DNA of 58,225 bases from a virus. Its lineage: Duplodnaviria > Caudoviricetes. Where the stretch lies: the IMG/VR virus record IMGVR_UViG_3300022074_000042, positions 1 to 58,225 of that record, one strand, 5' to 3'. The notes under the pieces were generated by a model. The model was not told the origin of the DNA and ran no database searches. It saw nothing but the letters and a program-made list of their open reading frames with translations. Of this stretch, positions 27,903 through 36,745 are shown in pieces; the first letter of the stretch is position 1, and every line of letters starts with the position of its first letter. A program made the translations under genes and the position numbers.

Positions 27903-28888
27903 TGAAAATATTAATTTGTTTTGGAACAAGACCAGAGTGGTTAAAGGTAAAACCCTTGTTGAAAACTTTAGATAATTATCAGCTTTTATTTACTGGGCAA
28001 CATGTTGATCTTTTAAAAGACGTATGCACGGATTATAAAATAAAAATAAATCAAAATAAAAATAGACTAGATCAACTAGTCAGTGACTGTTTGTTACAAT
28101 TCCCAGAAGGTGATTTTGATTCTGTCTTAATTCAAGGAGATACAGCTTCTGCTTTTGCTTGTTCTGTGGCGGCTTTTCATAGAAAGAAAAAAATTTACTA
28201 TTTAGAAGCTGGTCTTAGAAGCTATAACCTTGAACATCCATATCCAGAGGAGGGGTATAGACAAATGATTTCAAGAATTTCTGATCTAAACTTATGCCCA
28301 ACTTCTTTATCTAAAGGTAATTTATTTAATGAACTAGCAAACGGCGATTGTCATGTGGTTGGTAATACAGTTTTAGATAACCTTTTACCCTACAAGGAAA
28401 AATGTGAATATGGCAATAAAGTCTTAGTAACTCTACATAGAAGAGAAAATCATGAACAAATGAGCGAATGGTTTAAAGCTGTTAATGATTTAGCTAAACA
28501 AAACAGCGAATTAGAATTTATATTACCTTTACATCCAAGTCCAAATGTGCAGCAGCACAAACACTTGTTAAACCACATAAACGTCTTAGATCCACTTCCT
28601 CATTCGATGTTGTTAGATATTTTAGTAAAATCAAAACTTGTAATTAGTGATAGCGGAGGTTTACAAGAAGAGGCTAGTTTCTTTAATAAAAAAGTCATAG
28701 TTTGTAGGCAGACAACTGAAAGGCCAGAAGGTAAAAACTCTGGGCATTTAATCATGTGCCAGTCACCTAAAGAATTATGTGGAATATTTTATAATTTAGA
28801 AGATAATTACAAAATCGAAGAGAAATGCCCTTACGGAGACGGCGAGTCTTCAATAAAGGTAAAAAAAATACTTGATGAAAAACTTTAG
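27902..28888 (+). CDS. wecB: UDP-GlcNAc 2-epimerase (non-hydrolysing)
   Basis: GTRPE, TGQH, QGDT, EAGLRS, PEE, HRREN, DSGGLQEEA, TERPE, PYGDG. Confidence 0.93.
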   Translation: MKILICFGTRPEWLKVKPLLKTLDNYQLLFTGQHVDLLKDVCTDYKIKINQNKNRLDQLVSDCLLQFPEGDFDSVLIQGDTASAFACSVAAFHRKKKIYYLEAGLRSYNLEHPYPEEGYRQMISRISDLNLCPTSLSKGNLFNELANGDCHVVGNTVLDNLLPYKEKCEYGNKVLVTLHRRENHEQMSEWFKAVNDLAKQNSELEFILPLHPSPNVQQHKHLLNHINVLDPLPHSMLLDILVKSKLVISDSGGLQEEASFFNKKVIVCRQTTERPEGKNSGHLIMCQSPKELCGIFYNLEDNYKIEEKCPYGDGESSIKVKKILDEKL

Positions 28889-29576
28889 ACAAGATTTTAT
28901 TAATTTAACTGAAAAGCTTAGAGGAAAAGAAAAGTTTTCTTTTTCTAAATATGCTGATGGTGAATATAAAATTTTAAGGAATGAGGCTATAACTAATTGT
29001 GACAATTGGACTTTTTCTCCTGACTTGCATCGAAAAGAACAATCTCTTCTTTTAGAATCTTTTCAATACGACCACGATGATTACATTGTTGGAATAAGTT
29101 GTCCATGCTGTCAGCCTATGGAGCATGTTCAGTGGATGAGAGATACTGTAAAAACAAAAAATGTAACTTGGGCTAATTTATTTGTTAATAGCAATTATCC
29201 ATATTTTGAAAAAGACCTTATCCCTATTTTTAATGATTGGGGCGAAGATGTTTTTCTTTTTGCTAATGAAAACGGCATCTCTAAACAAATGCCATTTAAA
29301 ATCAAAAAATACTTCCCGCTCAATATGAAAGCTTGGCAAGAGCCTTTTCTTTCTCATTGGATAAATCTAGGTATGCAAAAAGCTAAAGAATCTGAAGGAG
29401 CTTTATTTCTATTTGCAGGTGGGCCACTCGGTAACATTTTAAGTTATAAACTTCACAAAGCTAATCCTTTTAATACTTACATAGATATTGGTTCTACAAT
29501 TAGTCCTTGGGTAGTTGGTAAAAATAGAGACTATCATTTTGGAGGGAAGACATCACAACAAACTTGTATTTGGTAA
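28875..29576 (+). CDS. GT-D fold (DUF1792-like) glycosyltransferase
   Basis: SKYADGE (cf. RFGDGE), AGGPLGNIL and IDIGS motifs. Confidence 0.6.
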   Translation: MKNFRQDFINLTEKLRGKEKFSFSKYADGEYKILRNEAITNCDNWTFSPDLHRKEQSLLLESFQYDHDDYIVGISCPCCQPMEHVQWMRDTVKTKNVTWANLFVNSNYPYFEKDLIPIFNDWGEDVFLFANENGISKQMPFKIKKYFPLNMKAWQEPFLSHWINLGMQKAKESEGALFLFAGGPLGNILSYKLHKANPFNTYIDIGSTISPWVVGKNRDYHFGGKTSQQTCIW

Positions 29577-30271
29577 TGGATAACTTTAAAAATATAGTTT
29601 ACTCACATTCAGAATATTTCGATATTTTAGATATTTTTTTAGAACAACAAAAAAAGTTTGGAATAGAAAATATATTAGTATTCTCTGACAAAAAATTCAA
29701 CGATGAAAATGAGCATATCATTTACAATGAAAATGATGTTTATAGCGAAAGATTAAAAAAATCTTTAGAGAAAGTAAAAGAAGATATTATTTTATATCAA
29801 CATGAAGATATGTTTTTATACAAAAAACCGAATATAAATAAGGTTAAAAAATACATAAACATATTAAAAGACTCAAATTATTCGTTTATTAGACTCTGCA
29901 AAACAGGAGATTGTATTTTATCAAAATCCAATCTATTATCTTCCTTGTGGGAAGTAGATCCAACTTCAAAAGATTTCTTTGCACTACAACCAACAATATG
30001 GAAAAGAAAAAGTTTAATATCTTTTCTAGAAAAATCTAATAAATGTAGTGGGTGGGATTTAGAATTAAATTCTGGTAAAATTAATTCATCAATAAGAGGA
30101 CTTTTACACTATGATGGCGAAGAAGCTAGGGGTGGTCATTTCAATTCTTGCGTTTGGCCTTATGTAGCTACAGCTATAGTAAAAGGTGGATGGAATTTTA
30201 GAGAATACTCGACTGAATTAAGCAGGATAAAAAAGATAAAAAAAAGTAAAAGACAACATGCCGTTTGGTAA
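29576..30271 (+). CDS. Putative GT-A glycosyltransferase
   Basis: YSERL, ILYQHEDMFL, LQPTIWKR, WDLE, IVKGGW; lies within the glycan cluster. Confidence 0.5.
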   Translation: MDNFKNIVYSHSEYFDILDIFLEQQKKFGIENILVFSDKKFNDENEHIIYNENDVYSERLKKSLEKVKEDIILYQHEDMFLYKKPNINKVKKYINILKDSNYSFIRLCKTGDCILSKSNLLSSLWEVDPTSKDFFALQPTIWKRKSLISFLEKSNKCSGWDLELNSGKINSSIRGLLHYDGEEARGGHFNSCVWPYVATAIVKGGWNFREYSTELSRIKKIKKSKRQHAVW

Positions 30272-30277
30272 ATTTTT

Positions 30278-31780
30278 ATGAAAATATTAGGTTTTAGCGC
30301 TGGCTCACACGATTCTAGTTATGCCATCTTTGAAGATGGTCGTTTAGTAATACACGAAGAATTAGAGAGGATAACTAGAGTAAAAGAAACAGAAGAAGAT
30401 GTATTGCAATATTTAGAAGAGTCAGGGGTAGACCTTGATGAGTTTGACTACATTGTTACATACCCACACGGGAACCCTATAGGTTACTCACAGACTTACT
30501 TAAATATACAACGTAAAAACCCATCTAAATGTGTAGAGATTGGTCATCATTTAGCTCATGCAGCTAATGCTTTTTATAATAGCAAGTATGATGACTCATT
30601 AGTTGTAACGATAGATGGAGGGGGTTGGGACAATGGAAGACCTGGATGTCTAACGTCATGGCAAGCTGATAAAGATAGTATTAAAAATTTAGATTATAGA
30701 ATGTCTCCAAATTTAGGTGGGTTTTGGCAAGATTGCACAAGAGAGATTTTTGGATTAAGCGGTGGTGGACCTCCATATGGGTGTCAGGCTGGAACCGTTA
30801 TGGCTATGTCATGTATGGCTAATGAATCTGAAACACCAGAAAGACCCTACAGTCAATATGCGGGTTGTTCTGATCAAAGAAAATATAATTTAGCACAAGG
30901 TATTCAAGATGTTACGGAGAATATTGTAAAAGAATATATACAGAAAAATCTAGGAGAAAACACCAACTTGTGTTTAGCTGGCGGTGTCGTTCTCAATTGT
31001 GTATTAACTGGCAAGATTAAATCTTGGTTTCCTCAAATTAAAAATATTTTTATACCACCTGTTCCTTATGATGCAGGTTTAGCTATTGGGTGTGTACAAT
31101 ACTTTTTGAAAGAACATTTGAAAAAGGATTTGATAATTGATCAATTATTTGACTCTCCATATTTAGGAGCGTCTTATGGCGATGAACACATTAATAATGC
31201 TTTATTAGAGTTTGCAGATAAAATTGAAACTGTTGAATGCTCTGATTTAGATGTAGCAAAATTATTGACAGAAAAAAATATTATATCTGTTTATGGAGGT
31301 AAAAGCGAGTCGGGTAGAAGAGCTTTAGGCAATAGGTCTATATTAGCAGATCCTAGACACGAAGATATGAAGGATATTATTAACCAAAAAGTCAAACACA
31401 GGCAAAGCTTTAGACCTTTTGCTCCATCTATATTACGAGAGCATGTAGCTGATTGGTTTGTAGAAGATATAGATAGCCCCTATATGAGTTTTGCTATACC
31501 ATTTAAAAAAGGAAAAGCCAAATTAGTTCCTGCTGTTGTCCACTTGGACGGCACGGGTAGACTACAAACTGTAACACAGTCATCTAATAATTGGTATTAC
31601 AATTTTATAAAGACATTTAGCTCGTTAACTGATGTCCCAATTATTCTAAATACTAGCTTTAATGATAGAGAGCCTATTGTTGAAACACCAAGTGATGCGA
31701 TCAAAACTTTTTTAAAAACAGATATAGATTTTCTTTACTTTAGAGAAAAAAATTGTTTAGTTAAAAAAAATATTCAATAA
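30278..31780 (+). CDS. O-carbamoyltransferase (NodU/CmcH/TobZ family)
   Basis: HDSS, ELERITRVK, HHLAHA, DGGG, LAGGVVLNC, DAGLAIG, RALGNRSILADPR, RPFAP, NTSFN. Confidence 0.93.
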   Translation: MKILGFSAGSHDSSYAIFEDGRLVIHEELERITRVKETEEDVLQYLEESGVDLDEFDYIVTYPHGNPIGYSQTYLNIQRKNPSKCVEIGHHLAHAANAFYNSKYDDSLVVTIDGGGWDNGRPGCLTSWQADKDSIKNLDYRMSPNLGGFWQDCTREIFGLSGGGPPYGCQAGTVMAMSCMANESETPERPYSQYAGCSDQRKYNLAQGIQDVTENIVKEYIQKNLGENTNLCLAGGVVLNCVLTGKIKSWFPQIKNIFIPPVPYDAGLAIGCVQYFLKEHLKKDLIIDQLFDSPYLGASYGDEHINNALLEFADKIETVECSDLDVAKLLTEKNIISVYGGKSESGRRALGNRSILADPRHEDMKDIINQKVKHRQSFRPFAPSILREHVADWFVEDIDSPYMSFAIPFKKGKAKLVPAVVHLDGTGRLQTVTQSSNNWYYNFIKTFSSLTDVPIILNTSFNDREPIVETPSDAIKTFLKTDIDFLYFREKNCLVKKNIQ

Positions 31781-31781
31781 T

Positions 31782-32591
31782 ATGAAAACTGCTATTTGTT
31801 TACATGGTCTAGCTAGAGGAAGCTCTACGCCAGCATACGGTGCATATAAGGAAAAGTTCGCCACGCTTTTAAGCAAGATAGGTGATGCTGATGTTTTTAT
31901 CCACTCTTGGGATACTGACATTTCCGAAGAGTTGGTCGAAATATTTAACCCAATTTCGTATAAAATTGAAAATCAAAAAGACTTTGCTGAAGAACTTGAT
32001 AGGCTTAAAGATATAAACAATTCTCATAACACAGGAGAAATTCAATATAACTTATTTAATATGTTAAGTTTCTTGTATTCACGGAAGCGTTCAGTTGACT
32101 TAAAAAGGCAATATGAAATTGAAAATAATATTAAATATGATTGTGTTCTTATTTCTAGGTTTGATGTAGGTTTTCATAATTCAGGTCTTAACAAAACAAG
32201 CCACTTAAATTTTAATTTAAATTTAGATATGGAAAAAGTCTACCAAGCATACTGGGATCAACTAAACGCTGGATCATCTGATCATTGGTATTACAGTAAT
32301 TCAGAAAATATAGACATCATTTCAACCATATATGATAAAGTATTTGAGTATCTACAACCAAACAGCGACTATACATATTTATGTAAGACTGGATGGCCAA
32401 TTAGTAATAAACATGATAAATTTTCTAATGAGTTACTAAAAGAAGATCGATCTAGTGATTTAGCTATTTATGTTTCTGATGATACGGTCCTTGTAAATCC
32501 TCACTGCTTGTATAAATATCACCTTATGATTAATAATTTATGGGAAAATAATCAATCTATATTTTTAAATAAAAACTTGTGGCATGACTAG
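31782..32591 (+). CDS. Putative glycosyltransferase-like protein
   Basis: KTAICLHGLAR, DVFIHSW, YDCVLISRFD pattern seen in glycan-cluster proteins. Confidence 0.45.
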   Translation: MKTAICLHGLARGSSTPAYGAYKEKFATLLSKIGDADVFIHSWDTDISEELVEIFNPISYKIENQKDFAEELDRLKDINNSHNTGEIQYNLFNMLSFLYSRKRSVDLKRQYEIENNIKYDCVLISRFDVGFHNSGLNKTSHLNFNLNLDMEKVYQAYWDQLNAGSSDHWYYSNSENIDIISTIYDKVFEYLQPNSDYTYLCKTGWPISNKHDKFSNELLKEDRSSDLAIYVSDDTVLVNPHCLYKYHLMINNLWENNQSIFLNKNLWHD

Positions 32592-32603
32592 CTTAGTAAT
32601 AAT

Positions 32604-33122
32604 ATGATAAAATTATTAATATTAGATGTCGATGGAGTTTTAACTGATGGCACAAAACTTTATTCGGAAAACGGACTCGGTAAAATGAAATCGTTTTGCG
32701 ATAAAGATTTTACAGCGATCAAAAGAATAAAAGCTTCTGGAGTTAAAGTGTGTTTCCTTAGTGGAGATGAAAATGTAAATAGAGCTATAGCTGAAAATAG
32801 GAATATTGATTTTCACTTCGCGAGAGGCAAAAACAAAAAAGATTTTTTGGAGAAGTTTTGTATGATTTACGATTGTCTTGCAGATGATATTTGTTTCGTT
32901 GGTGATGATTTATTCGATGTGGATTTATTAAAAAATGTAAAATATTCTTTCTGCCCTACAGATTCTTGCGAAGAGGTTAAAGATTCCTGTATACATGTAT
33001 TATCTAGTAAAGGTGGCCATAATTTAATTATGGAACTCCATGATTATTTATTATCTAATGACTTAATTAAAAAAGCAGACTTACAATCTGTTATGGATCT
33101 TGATGCAGCAGAAAAATTTTAA
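32604..33122 (+). CDS. KdsC/YrbI-like HAD phosphatase
   Basis: LILDVDGVLTDG, LSG, K, FVGDDLFD, SKGG. Confidence 0.85.
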   Translation: MIKLLILDVDGVLTDGTKLYSENGLGKMKSFCDKDFTAIKRIKASGVKVCFLSGDENVNRAIAENRNIDFHFARGKNKKDFLEKFCMIYDCLADDICFVGDDLFDVDLLKNVKYSFCPTDSCEEVKDSCIHVLSSKGGHNLIMELHDYLLSNDLIKKADLQSVMDLDAAEKF

Positions 33123-33807
33123 TCTTGGTTTATTTGGCAGGAAGTATTTAGATACAGTAGTTTATTTAAATACTTTAAAGTCGGGCGAAACCAATATTGC
33201 TTTGAAAGTTGATAAAACTGTTGGCGGCATTTTTAATATTTTAAAGGCTAATATTCCATCGGTTATATCTTACTGCTATCAAGACAGTGAAGTAGAAGCA
33301 TTTATTATCAGTGAGTCTGATAGTTCGACAAGAAGCTCTATTATTCACTCTTTTCGTAATTCTGAAAAACCTAAAATAAAAGAGGATTTATTAGATTGGT
33401 TACATATTGCATATGTAGATGACTTGTCTCAACCTGAAATATTAAATAATTTAAAAACAAAAATAAGTTTAGATTTTTGCACAATTAAAGAAAGAGAAAA
33501 TTATCTCCATTTAATTAAAAAATCATCATTAGTTTTCGATTCTAGAGAAAGGAAAGCTTTATATAGCGACCTTAATTTTAAAACACCTTTAATATTACAC
33601 GATAAACACGGCTGCGAATGCATAATTCAAGGTAAAGTCGTGAGTGAGGGTTTCACCGATCCACAGGAAAATATTCATGTCAATGGAGCTGGCGATATTT
33701 TCGCTGGAATATTTATTTCTAAATACTATAATTCTACACTAGACGATGCTATAAAATTAACTCCAAAAGAGACAACCAAATACCTTATTAAAAAAAATGA
33801 AATATAA
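33103..33807 (+). CDS. PfkB/ribokinase-family sugar kinase (compact)
   Basis: C-terminal VNGAGDIFAG signature, N-terminal GG, WLHIAY. Confidence 0.75.
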   Translation: MQQKNFNLGLFGRKYLDTVVYLNTLKSGETNIALKVDKTVGGIFNILKANIPSVISYCYQDSEVEAFIISESDSSTRSSIIHSFRNSEKPKIKEDLLDWLHIAYVDDLSQPEILNNLKTKISLDFCTIKERENYLHLIKKSSLVFDSRERKALYSDLNFKTPLILHDKHGCECIIQGKVVSEGFTDPQENIHVNGAGDIFAGIFISKYYNSTLDDAIKLTPKETTKYLIKKNEI

Positions 33808-34945
33808 TTTACTTTTACCCATAGCTGGTAAGGCTCAAAGGTTTGTTGATCAAGGTTATACAATGCCCAAGCCTTTAATTATGGCTAAAACAAAACAAGT
33901 TATTGATTGGGCTATGGAGTCTATCGATACAAAAGATTGTAATTTGATTTTTGCTGTAAGGCTTGAACATATAAATAATTTTTCTATAGATGAGATTTTA
34001 AAGCAAAAGTTTGGAGAAAGTGTAAAAATTGTAGTTATTGATCACGATACAGATGGCTCTGTTTCGACATGTTTGTTAGCCAAAGAGTATATTGATAATG
34101 ATATCCCCTTAATTATTTATACCCCAGATGTTTATTTCCAAAACAAATTTGATCCTGATGATATAAATGAAAATTTAGATGGCCTTTTGCTTACTTTTAA
34201 AGCTAATAGCCCAGCTCACAGTTATGTAGCTACAGACGAAAATGGATACGCGACTAAAACGGTAGAAAAACAAGTAATTAGTTCAGATGCGGCTGTTGGT
34301 GTTTATTATTTTAAAAAAGGTAGATATTTTGTTGAATATGCTGAAGAGCTTGTGCGGAAAGACATTAGAACGAAAGATGAGTTTTATATCTGCCCCATGT
34401 ATAATTTGCTGATTAGAGATGGTCGGAGCGTTAGTATTAAGCAGGTTGAAAAAATGCATGTGCTAGGCACTCCAGAAGAATTAGAATTTTTTGTTGATAA
34501 GGTTGCTTACAAATTTGGTGAAAAACCTGTAGGTCTTTGCTGTGATCACTCTGGCTATCAAAGGAAGCAAGATGCTAAAACCGTCTTGGAGTCTTTAGGT
34601 ATTGAATACGTTGATTTTGGATGCCATGTAGAGAAAGATGTAGACTATAATGCTTATGTGAACCAAGCGGTAGAATCCTTAAATAACAAAACTTGTGATT
34701 TTATTTTAGGTTTTTGCAGAACTGGTCAAGGTGTTAATATTTTAGCAAATGATAAAAAAGAAGTAAGGGCTGCATTGATTTTTGACGAATATACAGCGGA
34801 AATGTCTCGCAGACATAATTGTGCCAACTTTTTTTCTATACCTTCTAAGTATACATCCATTTCTTCTCTTAAAGATATTATAAATACATTAGTAAGTTCA
34901 TCTTTTGATGGGGGTAGACATATGACTAGAGTAAGCAAAAAATGA
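33797..34945 (+). CDS. Sugar-phosphate nucleotidyltransferase fused to ribose-5-phosphate isomerase B
   Basis: N-terminal PIAGKAQRF...PKPLI, EKQVIS, GVYYF, LGTPEEL. C-terminal (from about 34522) CDHSG, DFG, FCRTGQG, AN, RRHNCAN, FDGGRH. Confidence 0.88.
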   Translation: MKYNLLLPIAGKAQRFVDQGYTMPKPLIMAKTKQVIDWAMESIDTKDCNLIFAVRLEHINNFSIDEILKQKFGESVKIVVIDHDTDGSVSTCLLAKEYIDNDIPLIIYTPDVYFQNKFDPDDINENLDGLLLTFKANSPAHSYVATDENGYATKTVEKQVISSDAAVGVYYFKKGRYFVEYAEELVRKDIRTKDEFYICPMYNLLIRDGRSVSIKQVEKMHVLGTPEELEFFVDKVAYKFGEKPVGLCCDHSGYQRKQDAKTVLESLGIEYVDFGCHVEKDVDYNAYVNQAVESLNNKTCDFILGFCRTGQGVNILANDKKEVRAALIFDEYTAEMSRRHNCANFFSIPSKYTSISSLKDIINTLVSSSFDGGRHMTRVSKK

Positions 34946-35355
34946 TCTTAATATCTCACAGAGGAAATCTAGAAGGGCCATCTAATTTAGAAAATCACCC
35001 CGACCAGATCCAAAAGGTTTTGCGGTTAGGCTTTGATTGTGAAATAGATTTGTGGAGAGAAGACAGTAAATGGTATCTTGGTCATGATCATCCAGAGTAT
35101 GAAGTTGATGTAAATTTTTTTTGCAAACCAAAATTGTGGATTCACGCAAAAAACTTATCTGCATTAAATTGTATACCGAGATATTTAAATTTTTTTTGGC
35201 ATCAAGAAGATGATTTCTCTTTAACATCCAAACACTTTATATGGACTCACCCAAACAAACCTGTTTCGGAAAAATCCGTTATTGTAGATAACACAAAAAA
35301 CTGGAAAGAAAAAAACTACAAATCTTTCGGGGTTTGTTCTGATTGGATTTTATGA
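34942..35355 (+). CDS. Minimal GDPD/PLC-like phosphodiesterase
   Basis: ISHRGN, EN, EIDLW, LGHD, WIHAKN, GVCSD. Confidence 0.7.
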   Translation: MILISHRGNLEGPSNLENHPDQIQKVLRLGFDCEIDLWREDSKWYLGHDHPEYEVDVNFFCKPKLWIHAKNLSALNCIPRYLNFFWHQEDDFSLTSKHFIWTHPNKPVSEKSVIVDNTKNWKEKNYKSFGVCSDWIL

Positions 35356-36401
35356 AAAAAATTATTATTACAGGAGTTACAGGTCAAGATGGTAGCCTTA
35401 TGGCTGATTATCTTTTGAAACATACAGAGCATACAATTATTGGAGGCGCTAGGAGACTTAGTGTAAAAAACCACAAAAACATCGAACACCTAGAAGATAA
35501 CGACAGATTCTTTCTTATTGATTTAGATGTTTCAGACCCTCAAAACACAGAAAGAGTTATATCTGAACACAAGCCTGACTATTTTATAAATTTTGCAGCA
35601 AACTCTTTTGTCGGAACTAGTTGGAAAATGCCGACTCAACATATGGAGACAAATGCTATGGCTGTTTTGCACCAATTAGAAGCTATTCGCAGACACGCTC
35701 CCAATTGCCGATATTACAACGCTGGCAGCTCTGAAGAGTTTGGCGATATTGTAGAGTCTCCACAAACAGAAGAACACCCTTTGCGCCCTAGAAGCCCGTA
35801 TGGGGCTGCTAAATGCTCCGCTAGGCATTTGGTCAAAGTTTATAGAGATTCATACGATATTTATGCCGTCCAAGGGTTTTTGTTCAACCATGAAGGAGTA
35901 AGAAGAGGGGAAGAGTTTGTGACTCGCAAAATTACAAAAAATGTCGCCAGAATTCTTGTAGAATTTGAATTAGGTAAAGAAATTGAACCTTTACAATTAG
36001 GTAATGTAGATTCAAAAAGAGACTGGAGTGATGCTGAAGATTTTGTTCAAGGTGTCTGGTTGATGTTGAACCAAGATAGGAAAGATCCAAAAGAATATGT
36101 TTTATCTTCCAATGAGACTCACACTATTAGAGAGTTTGTGGAAGAGGCTTTTAATTTTGCTGGATTTCACAGAAGCCAATGCAAATGGAAGGGTGAAGGG
36201 TTGGAAGAAAAGTATTTTCACGGATCTGATCTTCTTGTAGAGATCAACAAAGATTTTTACAGACCAGCAGAGGTTGATTTGTTATGGGGAGACTCTACTA
36301 GAGCTAGAGAAGAGTTGGGTTGGGAGCCAAAAACTAATTTTTTTCAGCTTGTGAAAAAAATGATTGACCGAGATGTGGCGGCAGTTTACCCTTACCCGTG
36401 A
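35352..36401 (+). CDS. gmd: GDP-mannose 4,6-dehydratase
   Basis: ITGVTGQDG, AANSFV, SSEEFG, PRSPYGAAK, FNHE, FVTRKIT, RDW, RPAEVDLL. Confidence 0.93.
   Translation: MKKIIITGVTGQDGSLMADYLLKHTEHTIIGGARRLSVKNHKNIEHLEDNDRFFLIDLDVSDPQNTERVISEHKPDYFINFAANSFVGTSWKMPTQHMETNAMAVLHQLEAIRRHAPNCRYYNAGSSEEFGDIVESPQTEEHPLRPRSPYGAAKCSARHLVKVYRDSYDIYAVQGFLFNHEGVRRGEEFVTRKITKNVARILVEFELGKEIEPLQLGNVDSKRDWSDAEDFVQGVWLMLNQDRKDPKEYVLSSNETHTIREFVEEAFNFAGFHRSQCKWKGEGLEEKYFHGSDLLVEINKDFYRPAEVDLLWGDSTRAREELGWEPKTNFFQLVKKMIDRDVAAVYPYP
36364..36392 (+). promoter_or_regulatory. sigma70-like promoter TTGACC-17-TACCCT at the head of the replication operon
   Basis: The GTG start at 36398 lies 5 nt after the -10 box. Confidence 0.45.
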
Positions 36402-36745
36402 GCAAAAAAAAGGGTCCGAATAAAAGAGAAATCTTATTTAGATTATTAGACGTTCCCGATAAAGGAAGAAGACCTTTCTTTGCTAGGGAAATGAAAATGC
36501 TCAACGATCTTTGTGATCGTTACTCGCAGGATTTCATGGCTATTGTCTACTTCGATAAGAAGTTCGACTCTTTAGCTTATCTTGTCAGCGACAAGCTGAA
36601 AGAAACTCTTGACGAAAAATTCAGAGCTTTCAATTTTAAGGTTGACTTATCCAAGTATAAGACCTATGATATAGGCGATAAGTCGGGGCAAGATAGCAAT
36701 GTGCTTCGTAAAACTAAAACAATAAAAGACTTTTTAAATGAGTGA
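36398..36745 (+). CDS. Hypothetical protein
   Basis: 115-aa ORF overlapping both neighbouring genes. Confidence 0.65.
   Translation: MSKKKGPNKREILFRLLDVPDKGRRPFFAREMKMLNDLCDRYSQDFMAIVYFDKKFDSLAYLVSDKLKETLDEKFRAFNFKVDLSKYKTYDIGDKSGQDSNVLRKTKTIKDFLNE
36642..36670 (+). promoter_or_regulatory. Possible internal sigma70 promoter TTGACT-17-TATGAT upstream of the recombinase
   Basis: Near-consensus hexamers about 68 nt before ATG 36738. Confidence 0.4.

Noticed and set aside
32604-33122. Complete Kdo or sialic acid pathway
   Set aside because: A KdsC-like phosphatase and a 2-epimerase are present, but no KdsA/NeuB synthase or CMP-transferase is in the window, and the epimerase has non-hydrolysing WecB motifs.
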